Assembly: GCA_905339165.1 (NCBI GenBank)
Contig: CAJPFH010000026.1
Location: 31,471 to 95,470 of the forward strand
Direction: 5' to 3'
Length of the DNA: 64,000 nucleotides
From: Flavobacteriales bacterium
GTDB taxonomy: Bacteria > Bacteroidota > Bacteroidia > Flavobacteriales_E > Vicingaceae
Below are positions 30,887 through 40,874 of the stretch, piece after piece. The notes beneath the pieces are model-generated. The model was given only the letters and a program-made list of their open reading frames with translations, ran no database searches and was not told the DNA's origin. A program made the translations under genes and the position numbers. Within the stretch, counting starts at the first letter, position 1. The number at the start of each line of letters is the position of its first letter.

Positions 30887-30893
30887 ATGGAGG

Positions 30894-31307
30894 TTACAGT
30901 GTATTTTCTGTTCTCACATTGTGGTCAGATATTTTTATTTTGCCTTCTTCTTTAGTAAGGGTAAACATCTCCTGTGTGGTAGCATTGTTGTAAACAACCT
31001 TGTACGTTAAAACAAGGAAAGCCGGTTCTGCTGCATTGGTAATATGCTCTGTATTTATTCGTTCGTACGATTGCATGCTCCCTAATACCTTTTTAAGTTC
31101 TATGTATTTTCTTTTTCTTTTTTCGGTGTTCTCCCCGTTGTTATAAGAGGCGGTGCAAAAGGAAGAAATGCTATCGTACTTCTCTTCATTGAGGGTATTC
31201 AGTAAATTTTCGGCCGTTTTGGAGGCTTCAGTTTCATTTAGTTTTTCAGGAGTACATGCCAATAAAAAAAGCATGGTTAATACAAAAAAATATGTTTTAC
31301 GTAGCAT
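30894..31307 (-). CDS. hypothetical lipoprotein
   Basis: MLRKTYFFVLTMLFLLACTPE signal/lipobox. Confidence 0.5.
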   Translation of the reverse strand: MLRKTYFFVLTMLFLLACTPEKLNETEASKTAENLLNTLNEEKYDSISSFCTASYNNGENTEKRKRKYIELKKVLGSMQSYERINTEHITNAAEPAFLVLTYKVVYNNATTQEMFTLTKEEGKIKISDHNVRTENTL

Positions 31308-31312
31308 CTTTT

Positions 31313-32689
31313 TTATTTTGTATCGGAATCAGAATCTGTTTTACCTTTTAAATACGATGGTAATTCCATTCCTGCCATTTTAAACATTTCTTGCAAAGGA
31401 GGAACCGATTGATACAATCCTGAAATAAAATTAGAGGTAGATGTTTTTCCGTCTTTATTATTTCCGCTATCCCAAACGGTTACTTTATCAATTTTAATAT
31501 TTTGAATAGCCTCTGCTTGCAGTTTAACCAATTCAGGAAGTTTATCGGCAATCATTAACATTACGGCTTTGTTTGCATCGTTTCCTCCCGCCTGTACCAG
31601 TTTCTGGAAACCTTCGGCTTGTTTGCTTAATATTTCGAAGATACCTTTTGCTTCGGCTTCCATTTTTAAGAAGATGGCATCGGCTTCTCCTTTTGCCTCG
31701 ATACGGGCTTGTTCGGCCATTGCTGCGGCATCAATTTCAATTTTTCTTTTTTGAATTTCGGCCGGTACCACAATATCGGCCACTTTAGAGGCTCTTTCTC
31801 TTTCGGAACGGGCCATTTCTGCATTTTGTTCTGCGGCATAAGCTTCTTCTAACGATTTTGCCGATTGTACTTTTTCTGCGGCTATGGCAATACGCAAGGC
31901 TTCGGCTTCTTTTTCTCTGCGTTGAGCTTCGGAATTAGCCACTTTAATTTTTGCCAGGTTTTCTCCCTGTACGGCATGTGCATCGGCATCGGCTACTTTA
32001 ATACGTTGCTCTTGGTGGGCATTGGCCTCACCAATAGAACCGTCTCTTGTTTTTTCGGCAACACTCACTCTTGCATCATTGATGGCTTTTGCGGCAGCTT
32101 CTTTACCCAAAGCCTCAATGTATCCCGATTCGTCTTTTATGTCAGTTACGTTTACGTTAATTAGTTTTAATCCAATTTTTTTCAATTCGGCTTCTACGTT
32201 CATAGAAACATTGGCTAAAAACTTATCGCGATTATTATTTATTTCTTCAATATCCATGGTGGCCACCACTAAGCGAAGTTGTCCGAAAATAATATCTTTT
32301 GCTAAATCATGAATTTCTTGGCGACCTAAGCCTAATAGTCTTTCTGCCGCATTGGTCATTACTCCGGGTTCGGTAGATATACCTACGGTAAAGCGTGAAG
32401 GTACATCAACCCGAATGTTTTGACGAGAGAGGGCATTGGTTAAGTTTACTTCTATAGAAATAGGGGTTAAATCTAAAAAGGAGTAGTCTTGTATTATAGG
32501 CCAAATAAAAGCAGCTCCTCCATGTATACATTTAGCCGATAAACTTCCTTCTGCATTGGAACCTACTTTTCCAAAAACAACTAAGATTCTGTCAGAAGGG
32601 CACCGTTTGTACCTTTTAAAAAGAGAATAAATAAGAATGAATGTAAAAAATATTCCTCCGGTAATTGCAATTACAATAAAGTTCATCAT
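31313..32689 (-). CDS. flotillin-like SPFH/band-7 protein (YqiK-like)
   Basis: N-terminal TM, SPFH domain, long Ala/Glu/Lys-rich coiled-coil region; 458 aa. Confidence 0.8.
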   Translation of the reverse strand: MMNFIVIAITGGIFFTFILIYSLFKRYKRCPSDRILVVFGKVGSNAEGSLSAKCIHGGAAFIWPIIQDYSFLDLTPISIEVNLTNALSRQNIRVDVPSRFTVGISTEPGVMTNAAERLLGLGRQEIHDLAKDIIFGQLRLVVATMDIEEINNNRDKFLANVSMNVEAELKKIGLKLINVNVTDIKDESGYIEALGKEAAAKAINDARVSVAEKTRDGSIGEANAHQEQRIKVADADAHAVQGENLAKIKVANSEAQRREKEAEALRIAIAAEKVQSAKSLEEAYAAEQNAEMARSERERASKVADIVVPAEIQKRKIEIDAAAMAEQARIEAKGEADAIFLKMEAEAKGIFEILSKQAEGFQKLVQAGGNDANKAVMLMIADKLPELVKLQAEAIQNIKIDKVTVWDSGNNKDGKTSTSNFISGLYQSVPPLQEMFKMAGMELPSYLKGKTDSDSDTK

Positions 32690-32700
32690 AGGTATAAGTT

Positions 32701-33294
32701 TTATTTCGTGTTTTTGGTTACAAGTAAAATTTGATTATTAATTATTTCTATCACTTTTATCAGCGTTCCGTTTTTTAGGTCTTCATCATCATCGGTCATG
32801 GCGTCTAACTCGTGAACCGAGCCTTGCACGGTAATCTGAATTTTTCCAAAACCTTTTCTGGAAGAGGGAATTGTTAAATACACTTCGCCAATCTGGTGTA
32901 ATGCGTTTTTCATTTTTAATGTTCCGCTATATGCCAGTTTGCTCATGAAATAAAAGATAGAGGCCATTATAAACATCATTAACAAACCTGCAAATACAGA
33001 TATAAAAATGGTGGTAAAATTTCCCAATCCACCCTCGATACAGGCTAATCCAACCCAACCGAAAATGGTAAAAAAAGCCACCATGTTTTTTAGCGTAAAA
33101 AAATGAAAACCCATACCATCGTCTCCTTCTACCAGCTCATCGGCATGTCCGGTAGAGGAATCTCCATCGCCCGAAATAAAGGTAATGAGCGTTTGAAGAA
33201 TAAAGATAAGGCTAAACGGCACAGCAAAACCCCAATACACTTGTTGCATACCGCTAAGGCTGTTCCACCATGAAGTAATATCTAATAAAAGCAT
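32701..33294 (-). CDS. NfeD-like membrane protein (YqiJ-like) partner of flotillin
   Basis: TM helices plus C-terminal OB-fold-like segment (GKIQITVQGSVHELDA); immediately upstream of flotillin. Confidence 0.65.
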   Translation of the reverse strand: MLLLDITSWWNSLSGMQQVYWGFAVPFSLIFILQTLITFISGDGDSSTGHADELVEGDDGMGFHFFTLKNMVAFFTIFGWVGLACIEGGLGNFTTIFISVFAGLLMMFIMASIFYFMSKLAYSGTLKMKNALHQIGEVYLTIPSSRKGFGKIQITVQGSVHELDAMTDDDEDLKNGTLIKVIEIINNQILLVTKNTK

Positions 33295-33386
33295 AGATTA
33301 TTTTTTTTCAAATATAAAGAAAATTAATAAAGGCACTCATTCCATCTAATCATTATAGGTATTTTTGGAATCTGATAAACGATTTC

Positions 33387-34223
33387 ATGAGCCAAACACC
33401 TCTTTTTCCGGTTACAGTATTCACAGAAAGAAATCAATCGAAGCCCGATTTGCTTGCCATAGAAGAACCATTGGAAATCCGTCTTGGCTATGGACCTGCC
33501 GATGCAAGAGAACAAAAATGTATTTCGGTAACCATGCGTACGCCCGGGAACGATGAAGAGTTGGCATTAGGGTTTTTGTTTTCAGAAGGAATCATTACTC
33601 ATATAAACCAAATTGAAAGTATTAAACATTGCATCGATAACGGAAAGCAAGAAGCAAACAATATTATAAGAGCCGAACTGAAAACCGATGTGCGTTTAAA
33701 TGGGGATAAAATTATCCGTAATTTTTATACTCATTCTTCTTGCGGAGTATGCGGAAAATCTTCTATAGATGCATTGGATACAATGAGTCAATTCAATTTG
33801 AAGATTGAACAAAAGGTAGTTTCCGGTTCAGTATTTTTCAATTTATCGGAGTTAACCAAACAGCAGCAAACGGTATTTAAACATACCGGGGCATTGCATG
33901 CTGCGGCATTTTTTTCTTTTCAGGCCGAGTTGCTAGGAGTTAGAGAAGATATAGGAAGGCACAATGCATTAGATAAATTAATTGGAAATTCTTTTATAAA
34001 GAATGAATTACCTGCACAAAACAAAATATTATGGCTTAGTGGCCGCTTAAGTTTTGAGCTAATACAAAAGGCTTATATGGCTGCTATACCCATTGTGGTG
34101 GCGGTGGGGGCACCCTCCAGTTTGTCGGTACAATTGGCCCAAGAAAAAAATATTACTCTTATAGGCTTTTTAAATGAAAAAAGATTTAATGTGTACACGC
34201 ATCCCGAAAGAATAGCTTTTTAA
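33387..34223 (+). CDS. fdhD: formate dehydrogenase accessory sulfurtransferase
   Basis: SSCGVCGKSSIDAL active-site Cys-loop, 278 aa. Confidence 0.85.
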   Translation: MSQTPLFPVTVFTERNQSKPDLLAIEEPLEIRLGYGPADAREQKCISVTMRTPGNDEELALGFLFSEGIITHINQIESIKHCIDNGKQEANNIIRAELKTDVRLNGDKIIRNFYTHSSCGVCGKSSIDALDTMSQFNLKIEQKVVSGSVFFNLSELTKQQQTVFKHTGALHAAAFFSFQAELLGVREDIGRHNALDKLIGNSFIKNELPAQNKILWLSGRLSFELIQKAYMAAIPIVVAVGAPSSLSVQLAQEKNITLIGFLNEKRFNVYTHPERIAF

Positions 34224-34228
34224 ACATT

Positions 34229-34564
34229 TTGTGTATGAAAACAATAATTCTTCTTACTATTTCTAATATTTTTATGACGGTGGCTTGGTACGGCCATTTA
34301 AAATTTAAGCATTACGCACTATGGATAGTTATTTTAGTAAGTTGGCTCATTGCCTTTGCCGAATACTGTTTTCAGGTGCCGGCCAATCGTATTGGGCATG
34401 CCACCTTTTCGGCCGCTCAGCTAAAAACCATACAAGAAGTAATTAGTCTTACCGTTTTTGCTGTTTTTTCTGTAACTTATTTAAAAGAAGATTTTAAATG
34501 GAATTATTTGGTGGGCTTTGTTTTTATAATTTTAGGAGCTTGGTTTGTTTTTAAAAAGTGGTAG
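34229..34564 (+). CDS. small DMT-superfamily membrane protein (DUF486-like)
   Basis: 111 aa, 4 TM helices. Confidence 0.5.
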   Translation: MCMKTIILLTISNIFMTVAWYGHLKFKHYALWIVILVSWLIAFAEYCFQVPANRIGHATFSAAQLKTIQEVISLTVFAVFSVTYLKEDFKWNYLVGFVFIILGAWFVFKKW

Positions 34565-34739
34565 AGTGAAAAAAAAAGACAAAATCAAAGTTATAGCGGC
34601 AGTATTTTTGGCAGGAGCCATATTGTTGGCTTTTCTTTTTTTTGGAAAAGAAAGCCTAGCAGGAAAATCCATTGTGGTACTCTCTTTTTTAGGTTGGATA
34701 CTCGTTTTGTTTCTTACAAATAAGAATATAAAAGAGTAG
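34545..34739 (+). CDS. hypothetical small 2-TM membrane protein
   Basis: ORF only; lysine-rich N-terminus then two hydrophobic helices. Confidence 0.3.
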   Translation: MFLKSGRVKKKDKIKVIAAVFLAGAILLAFLFFGKESLAGKSIVVLSFLGWILVLFLTNKNIKE

Positions 34740-34811
34740 GGAAGAAATGTAATCGAAACATCATTAAGTTTGCTTGGAAAAAATATTGAAAATTAATATA
34801 CAAAAAAATAG

Positions 34812-35327
34812 ATGATGAAACCACAAGTAAGTATAATTATGGGCAGCACATCAGATATGCCTATTATGCAAGAAGCAGCAAAAATTCTCAACCAATTTAA
34901 AATTCCATTTGAGATAAATGCTTTATCGGCACACCGTGTGCCTGAACAAGTTATGGAATTTGCTAAAAATGCCCATACCCGGGGAGTAAAAGTAATAATT
35001 GCCGGAGCGGGGGGGGCTGCCCATCTACCCGGAGTAGTGGCTGCATTAACCCCATTGCCTGTGGTAGGTGTGCCCTGCCGTTCGTCTATTTCTATTGATG
35101 GTTGGGATTCTTTGCTCTCTATTGTACAAATGCCTCCCGGAATACCGGTGGCTACCGTTGGCTTAGATGGTGGGCAAAATGCGGGTATTTTAGCCGTTCA
35201 AATTATTGCTGCCGGAAACGAATCATTGCTTAATGAGGTGCTGCAATTTAAGGCAAACCTTAAATCGAAAATATTAAAAGCGAACGAAGAATTGAAGCAA
35301 CATAAATTCGAGTACAGAGTAGGGTAG
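34812..35327 (+). CDS. purE: 5-(carboxyamino)imidazole ribonucleotide mutase
   Basis: SIIMGSTSDMPIM...AGAGGAAHLPGVVAALT. Confidence 0.92.
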   Translation: MMKPQVSIIMGSTSDMPIMQEAAKILNQFKIPFEINALSAHRVPEQVMEFAKNAHTRGVKVIIAGAGGAAHLPGVVAALTPLPVVGVPCRSSISIDGWDSLLSIVQMPPGIPVATVGLDGGQNAGILAVQIIAAGNESLLNEVLQFKANLKSKILKANEELKQHKFEYRVG

Positions 35328-35626
35328 TCTTTCGTTTTCTCTCACTCGGGCAGTTTAGATTGTTGCCGTTTATATCCATTATTTCTAAGGTGCATTTCTA
35401 GTAAAGTTGGGCATGTGCTTTTCCTTTTTTTTTCTTTTAGGAGGAAGAGTTATGTAAAAACAGGGTAGTCTCTCGGCAATAATCCAATTACCATTAGAGT
35501 CTATATACCCTTCCCTATGGATTAAAACAATTCCCATCTCCAATAGGTAAATAGGTTTTTTTGCAGGTAGCCATAGCAGCAGCATAAGGGCTGCTGCTGT
35601 GGCTACTGTCTGTATAAAACATCGTT

Positions 35627-36590
35627 TTATAGTTTAATAAATTTAGCGGTTTGCAAATCTTTTTCGGTTTGCAGTTGAATGAGATAAATACCGGGACTGA
35701 AGGTTTCAATGTCTAATTGCATTATTTGCCCTTTTGCAGCATTTATTTTCCATTGTTTTACGAGTGTACCACGACTGTCAAGCAAATTGATGCAACCCTC
35801 TGCGTTCTCCTAAAAATGTATGTTTAGCAAACCAAAAGAAGGATTAGGGAAAAGTAAAAGATTATTCTTCTCAGTATTAAAATTTTCAATAGAACTGATG
35901 GAATTAATATTAATGCTAAAATCATAAGTCATACTTCCCACTAAAATCAGCTGATTATTATTAAAAGTACGCCATTCTTTTACTTTCACTAAATAAGCAT
36001 ATAATCCGATTGTATCGGGAGAGATTGAAACGGTTCCATTCCCAGTATCAATAAAAGTGTTTGGGGTAAGTAATAACTTTGAGAATAACAAGGAATAAGT
36101 TCAAAAGAAAGACTATCGCCATCTGGGGTCCCATGCATTTGGCTCATAAATGAATGTTCCTCCATTATTTATAACATTTTGTTGTTAATTGCATATATGC
36201 ACCACTTAAAATCTCAACAGGGAAGGGATATTATTTCCACAATATCCTGACAGATATATGAAATTATTATTATTATAGATGGGAGACTGAAGCCATTATC
36301 TTCCGAATCTCCTCCGTAAAAAGTGGACCATGAAGGAAAACCATTCGTGGGATTAAACGACATTAGAAATGTGTCCGAACCACCATTATGTGAATTATCA
36401 TTGTATGCATTCGTTTGGGTAAAAATAGGAAAATCACTACTGTACGTGCCTCCTGTAGCATAAAGTTTATTATTAAAATAATCTATACTTCTTATCTCAT
36501 CAGCTTGAATACCGCCATAATATGTTACCCATTGTAGCTTAAGGTATGTAAAAAATGAGCATGGTAAAAACGTATTTACCTTAATTACAT
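35627..36590 (-). pseudogene. decayed gene for a T9SS-secreted SBBP beta-propeller-repeat protein (frameshifts plus in-frame stop inside the CTD)
   Basis: Own translation: SBBP-type repeat GGSDTFLMSFNPTNGFPSWSTFYGGDSEDNGFS...TGGTYSSDFPIFTQ in one frame, T9SS CTD LLLFPNPSFGLLNIHF-stop-ENAEGCINLLDSRGTLVKQWKINAAKGQIMQLDIETFSPGIYLIQLQTEKDLQTAKFIKL in another; only short ORF fragments. Confidence 0.6.
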
Positions 36591-36958
36591 CTTTTATAAA
36601 AATAAGATTTTATAATGTATGGTACGAATTTCGAATTGCATTTTCAATTTTTTTGTTACACTTTTTTCAATTTGTTATACCAACATGAGGTATATTTTTG
36701 ATAAAACAATTTGTTAATCGTCATAAATACAATTAATTATATTCTAAAAAGTGTTACACCAAAATTTATGAAAGAGTTGCAGAATCTTGTACAATCCTTA
36801 TCAACAAAGGGAATACAGAAGATTTAAAAAGCTAAAATAGAGATGATAAAATAATAAAAGTATTGAAAACACTGCATTTTATTTGGTCTATTTCAGGGGT
36901 TTGAAATGCAAGAGAATTTTAAAGAAATACTTAGAAAAAGAACATCTGAAAATTAAAA

Positions 36959-37861
36959 TTACTCTAACTGTAGTTTTTTTCTGAATAGGGAATCTCTATT
37001 TGAATTCAGGTTCCAGTAGGATTCCCAAAGAGTTTGAGTTTTTTTTCCCGAAGAAACTAGGGTGCGGGCTTTTTCGCCCTTTCCATCGGTGTAAATTTCT
37101 TTCCATCCATTTATGGTATAGAGGTTTTCTTTGGTACCGAAATAAATTTCTAACATTCTTTTAAGCGAAGGGTAATAAACCGAAAGTGTGTTGAGAGTGT
37201 CGTTTTGAGTAATTTTAATTTCTGCCGTTTGCGGAATAATAGGTAAATGGGTAAAACGCAGATACATCAGAGCTGGGAGCATTTTTTGTTTTCCGGTAGG
37301 AATTTGAGTAGGGTCTATGCGAATAAGATTCCATAATTCATCTTCCAGTAGAGCAGGGGTAATTTGAGTGTATGTTTCACCTTCGTTTTCAAAATAGGAG
37401 TGTTGAATTAGTTTGTATTTTTTTCCTTGTTTGTTTAATTGAGTAAAAGTATGTCCGCACCACTCTTGCATACTGTTGGTTATTTTTAACGAAGCCGGAA
37501 GGTGTTTAAAATGAGTGGGAGTAAAAACACTATTCATTACACTGTAGGGGTATATTCCGGTGGTAAAGTTTTTAGTAAAATTGAGTTTTAGAATTTTTAC
37601 CACATCGTTGGGGTATTGTTCGGGAGCATCGAGTTTTACTTGTTTTTTTTCAGAGAAATCTTCGGTAACAAAAATCATAACGGCTTGGCCTTTTCTAATT
37701 TCTCCGTATCGGGCTTGTTGTATCTCGAAGGAAGAAATTTCGGCTTTCCCTTGATGCCATTGGTCTGAAATTTTTTCAGGATTTTTAGCTTCTTTTTTCA
37801 AAAAATTACAACTGCAAAGCAGCAAAAAGGAGGAAAAGAAAATTAAAAAAGGTGTTTTCAT
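36959..37861 (-). CDS. hypothetical lipoprotein
   Basis: MKTPFLIFFSSFLLLCSC lipoprotein signal; ORF extension to 38023 would overlap upstream CDF gene. Confidence 0.5.
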   Translation of the reverse strand: MKTPFLIFFSSFLLLCSCNFLKKEAKNPEKISDQWHQGKAEISSFEIQQARYGEIRKGQAVMIFVTEDFSEKKQVKLDAPEQYPNDVVKILKLNFTKNFTTGIYPYSVMNSVFTPTHFKHLPASLKITNSMQEWCGHTFTQLNKQGKKYKLIQHSYFENEGETYTQITPALLEDELWNLIRIDPTQIPTGKQKMLPALMYLRFTHLPIIPQTAEIKITQNDTLNTLSVYYPSLKRMLEIYFGTKENLYTINGWKEIYTDGKGEKARTLVSSGKKTQTLWESYWNLNSNRDSLFRKKLQLE

Positions 37862-37871
37862 AAATATTTTT

Positions 37872-38855
37872 TTATATCTCGTGATGTTTGTCGATGGCAA
37901 CATTTTCAACTGTCCAAACAATGTTTTTACAAAATGATTCTTTGCGATAGGAGCAATTTTGTAGGTTACAAATTTTACAAAAATCTCCGGGCAAACAAGG
38001 GTCTGCATGCACAAAAAGTTCAATGGTATTGTATTGGGTTTGCATCAATTTTTCAAAGGCTTCTACTTCGGCATGAGCTTCGTTGAGCGAAAAATAAAAA
38101 GGCAGCGTAATATGGCAATCAATATGCAAATCGGCTCCGTATTTAATTACTCTGAAGTTGTGCAAATCAATCCATTCTGTTTTTTTATTTTGTTCGGAAG
38201 TTTTAATCATTTCATTAATCAGGTTTACATCAGCTTCGTCCATTACACCGGCTACCGATTTTCTGATGAGCTTATACCCTTCGTACAGAATAAGAATTCC
38301 GAATACCAGAGCCAACAAATTATCTAGCCACTCGATATGGGTAATGTAAATAAGAACCAGCCCTATTATTAAACCGGCACTGGTATAGGCATCGGCAGCA
38401 AGGTGTTTACCATCGGCAATAAGGGCAATAGAGTTTTGTTTTTTTCCGGTTTTTTGCAGGTATAAACCGGCTAATAGATTAATAAATCCGGCTATTCCGG
38501 AAACAATTATTCCGAATTCCAATTCTTGCAGTGGATTGGGAATAAAAAAATTATAAGCCGCTTTAATGGCAATGGCTATTCCGGCAAAGGCAATTAACCC
38601 GCCTTCCATACCTGCCGAAAGAAATTCTATTTTTCCGTGTCCGTAGGGGTGCGATTGGTCTTTGGGGCGTGATGCTAATTGAATACTGTAAAGAGCAAAA
38701 CCACCGGCCACTACATTGATAATAGATTCTAAGGCATCGGAAAGAATGGCGTTTGAAGAGGTAATAAAATAGGCTGCAAATTTAGCAATGCACAATGCAA
38801 TGCTTATAAAAAGGGTTATGGTTAATGTCCTGATTTTAATATTGGAAGATTCCAC
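37872..38855 (-). CDS. cation diffusion facilitator family transporter
   Basis: 6 TM, HPYGHGKIEF motif, C-terminal cytoplasmic domain. Confidence 0.8.
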   Translation of the reverse strand: MESSNIKIRTLTITLFISIALCIAKFAAYFITSSNAILSDALESIINVVAGGFALYSIQLASRPKDQSHPYGHGKIEFLSAGMEGGLIAFAGIAIAIKAAYNFFIPNPLQELEFGIIVSGIAGFINLLAGLYLQKTGKKQNSIALIADGKHLAADAYTSAGLIIGLVLIYITHIEWLDNLLALVFGILILYEGYKLIRKSVAGVMDEADVNLINEMIKTSEQNKKTEWIDLHNFRVIKYGADLHIDCHITLPFYFSLNEAHAEVEAFEKLMQTQYNTIELFVHADPCLPGDFCKICNLQNCSYRKESFCKNIVWTVENVAIDKHHEI

Positions 38856-38938
38856 GCCACAAAGCTATAAAATATAAAAAGAAAAACGAGCTATGAATTA
38901 ATTCATAGCTCGTTCAATGTAAAAAAGAAAAATCGTTT

Positions 38939-39883
38939 CTAATGAAAGCCTTTGGCTGCTAGCCATCTTTCTGCATCTAAAGCAGCCATACAGCCACTGC
39001 CGGCAGCGGTAACAGCCTGTCTGTAATTTTTATCGGCACAATCGCCTGCAGCAAAAACGCCCTCGATATTGGTATAGCTGGTGCCCGGTTTTACTGTAAG
39101 GTAGCCTGTTTCGTCCATATTGAGCCAACCTTTAAAAATATCGGTATTGGGTTTGTGTCCAATGGCTACAAAAAATCCGGTAATGGGTATTTCTCGTTTT
39201 TCGCCTGTTTGGTTATTTTTTATGCGAACAGCTTCTACCGTTTTTCCGCCCAGTATTTCATCGGTTTCCGAATTATAAAGTATTTCAATATTAGGGGTGT
39301 TTAATACTCTTTCCTGCATGGCTTTAGAGGCTCTGAACTCATTTCTTCTAACAATCATATACACTTTTTGGCAAAGTTTGGCAAGGTACGAGGCTTCTTC
39401 TGCAGCGGTATCTCCGGCACCTACAATGGCTACGGTTTGACCTTTAAAGAAAAAACCATCGCAAACGGCACAAGCCGAAACTCCAAAACCATTAAGGCGT
39501 TGTTCAGATTCAAGTCCGAGCCATTTGGCCGATGCTCCGGTGGCAATAATAACGGCATTGGCGGTAATTAATTTTTCTTCGTCTATCCACACCTTGTGTA
39601 TAGGGCCTGTAAAATCAACTTTTGTAGCAAGGCCAAAATTTACTTGTGTGCCAAAGCGTTCGGCTTGTTTTTGAAAAAAAGTCATTAACTCCGGGCCCTG
39701 TACTCCTTCCGAAAAACCGGGATAGTTTTCCACTTCAGTAGTAATGGTTAATTGCCCACCGGGTTGCATTCCGGTGTACATAACGGGATTAAGACCTGCT
39801 CGGGCGGCATAAATGGCTGCGGTATATCCGGCCGGGCCTGAGCCAATTATAAGTAGGGGGTGGTGAGTGCTGTTTTCTGCCAT
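38939..39883 (-). CDS. trxB: thioredoxin-disulfide reductase
   Basis: LIIGSGPAGYTAAIYAAR FAD motif, redox-active CAVCDG, 314 aa. Confidence 0.92.
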   Translation of the reverse strand: MAENSTHHPLLIIGSGPAGYTAAIYAARAGLNPVMYTGMQPGGQLTITTEVENYPGFSEGVQGPELMTFFQKQAERFGTQVNFGLATKVDFTGPIHKVWIDEEKLITANAVIIATGASAKWLGLESEQRLNGFGVSACAVCDGFFFKGQTVAIVGAGDTAAEEASYLAKLCQKVYMIVRRNEFRASKAMQERVLNTPNIEILYNSETDEILGGKTVEAVRIKNNQTGEKREIPITGFFVAIGHKPNTDIFKGWLNMDETGYLTVKPGTSYTNIEGVFAAGDCADKNYRQAVTAAGSGCMAALDAERWLAAKGFH

Positions 39884-39929
39884 TTGAAATAGTTTAAGGT
39901 AAGTGCAAAGTTAAAATTATTACTTGACT

Positions 39930-40871
39930 TTATTGAGGAATAATGGTGTAATAATTGGCTCCGTATCCGCACCAGATACCGAGCCCGCCTCCCTTTATGT
40001 TTGTCATAGTGGTAGTGGGAGAGGCAAAGGGGTTACCGTTATTATAAATTTCTGTTTCGTAGGTTCTCCAAAACAAAAAACTAGAAGGGTCTATGTTGCA
40101 AAACTTCACGTCAATGGTATCGGTAATTTTGTAGTAACCTCTTTGTTCTCCATCATCATCGGGTGCAGCAGAATTAAATTCACTTCCTCTGATAGAGTAA
40201 AAATCAAAGTATTTCCCGTCAATAAATTTATCATCGAAAACAGAGCCGATAATAGGTATCATGCGGGCGTCTTTACCTCGTCTTTGTGTAAACATTCGGT
40301 AGGCATTGCCCTTGCCAGGGGGGTCGTAGAGTTTGGCCCAAACGTAGCCCATGGTATCGTAGGTGCCTTGGTTTTTATACCAGATGGAATCGAGCGGAAT
40401 GAGGTTGGGTATAGTGGTGGTGCTAGTTAAAATTTTTCCATCGGCTTTTATGGTAAGGTTGTAGGTTTTTCCAATTTCTCCCCATATCGATTGGTCGAAT
40501 GTGGTATACACACAATAATTAATGGCTGCTAATTGATTTACGTTTACGCCCGATAAAACGGCAATTAAGGGAATTAGAGAGTCGGGGATATCGTTGGTGC
40601 AAATTTCAATTAGTTGTTTTGAGAGGCTTCCGTTGCTTACCGTAACTTCAGCATTGTGTACAAATAATTTTTCTAAAGTGTTTACATCGGCCGGTTCAAA
40701 GTAGCCAATGGTTTTTGTAAGAATGATAAGCGGAGGCTGTCCTTGCTCAATGCTACCTTCTACCACTAGCTTTTGTTCGGTTTGGGGTAAATCTACAGTA
40801 ATGTCTTTTTCGCATGAAGTTAATATTCCCACAAGGAATAATAGGTAAATTATAAAGTTTGTTTTTTTCAT
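39930..40871 (-). CDS. DUF4249-like lipoprotein partner of TonB-dependent receptor
   Basis: Signal/lipobox LTSCEKD, located directly downstream of receptor gene. Confidence 0.5.
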   Translation of the reverse strand: MKKTNFIIYLLFLVGILTSCEKDITVDLPQTEQKLVVEGSIEQGQPPLIILTKTIGYFEPADVNTLEKLFVHNAEVTVSNGSLSKQLIEICTNDIPDSLIPLIAVLSGVNVNQLAAINYCVYTTFDQSIWGEIGKTYNLTIKADGKILTSTTTIPNLIPLDSIWYKNQGTYDTMGYVWAKLYDPPGKGNAYRMFTQRRGKDARMIPIIGSVFDDKFIDGKYFDFYSIRGSEFNSAAPDDDGEQRGYYKITDTIDVKFCNIDPSSFLFWRTYETEIYNNGNPFASPTTTMTNIKGGGLGIWCGYGANYYTIIPQ

Positions 40872-40874
40872 TTT

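Noticed and set aside
33324-33556. Two 63-aa ORFs overlapping the fdhD start
   Set aside because: Overlap a confident gene and show no motifs.
35574-35603. Hairpin agcagcag...ctgctgct in the purE-pseudogene gap
   Set aside because: No adjacent U-tract on either strand; likely incidental GCAGCAGC repeat rather than a terminator.
36600-36958. AT-rich intergenic stretch upstream of the pseudogene
   Set aside because: No repeats, ORFs or structured motifs recognised; probably a promoter remnant.
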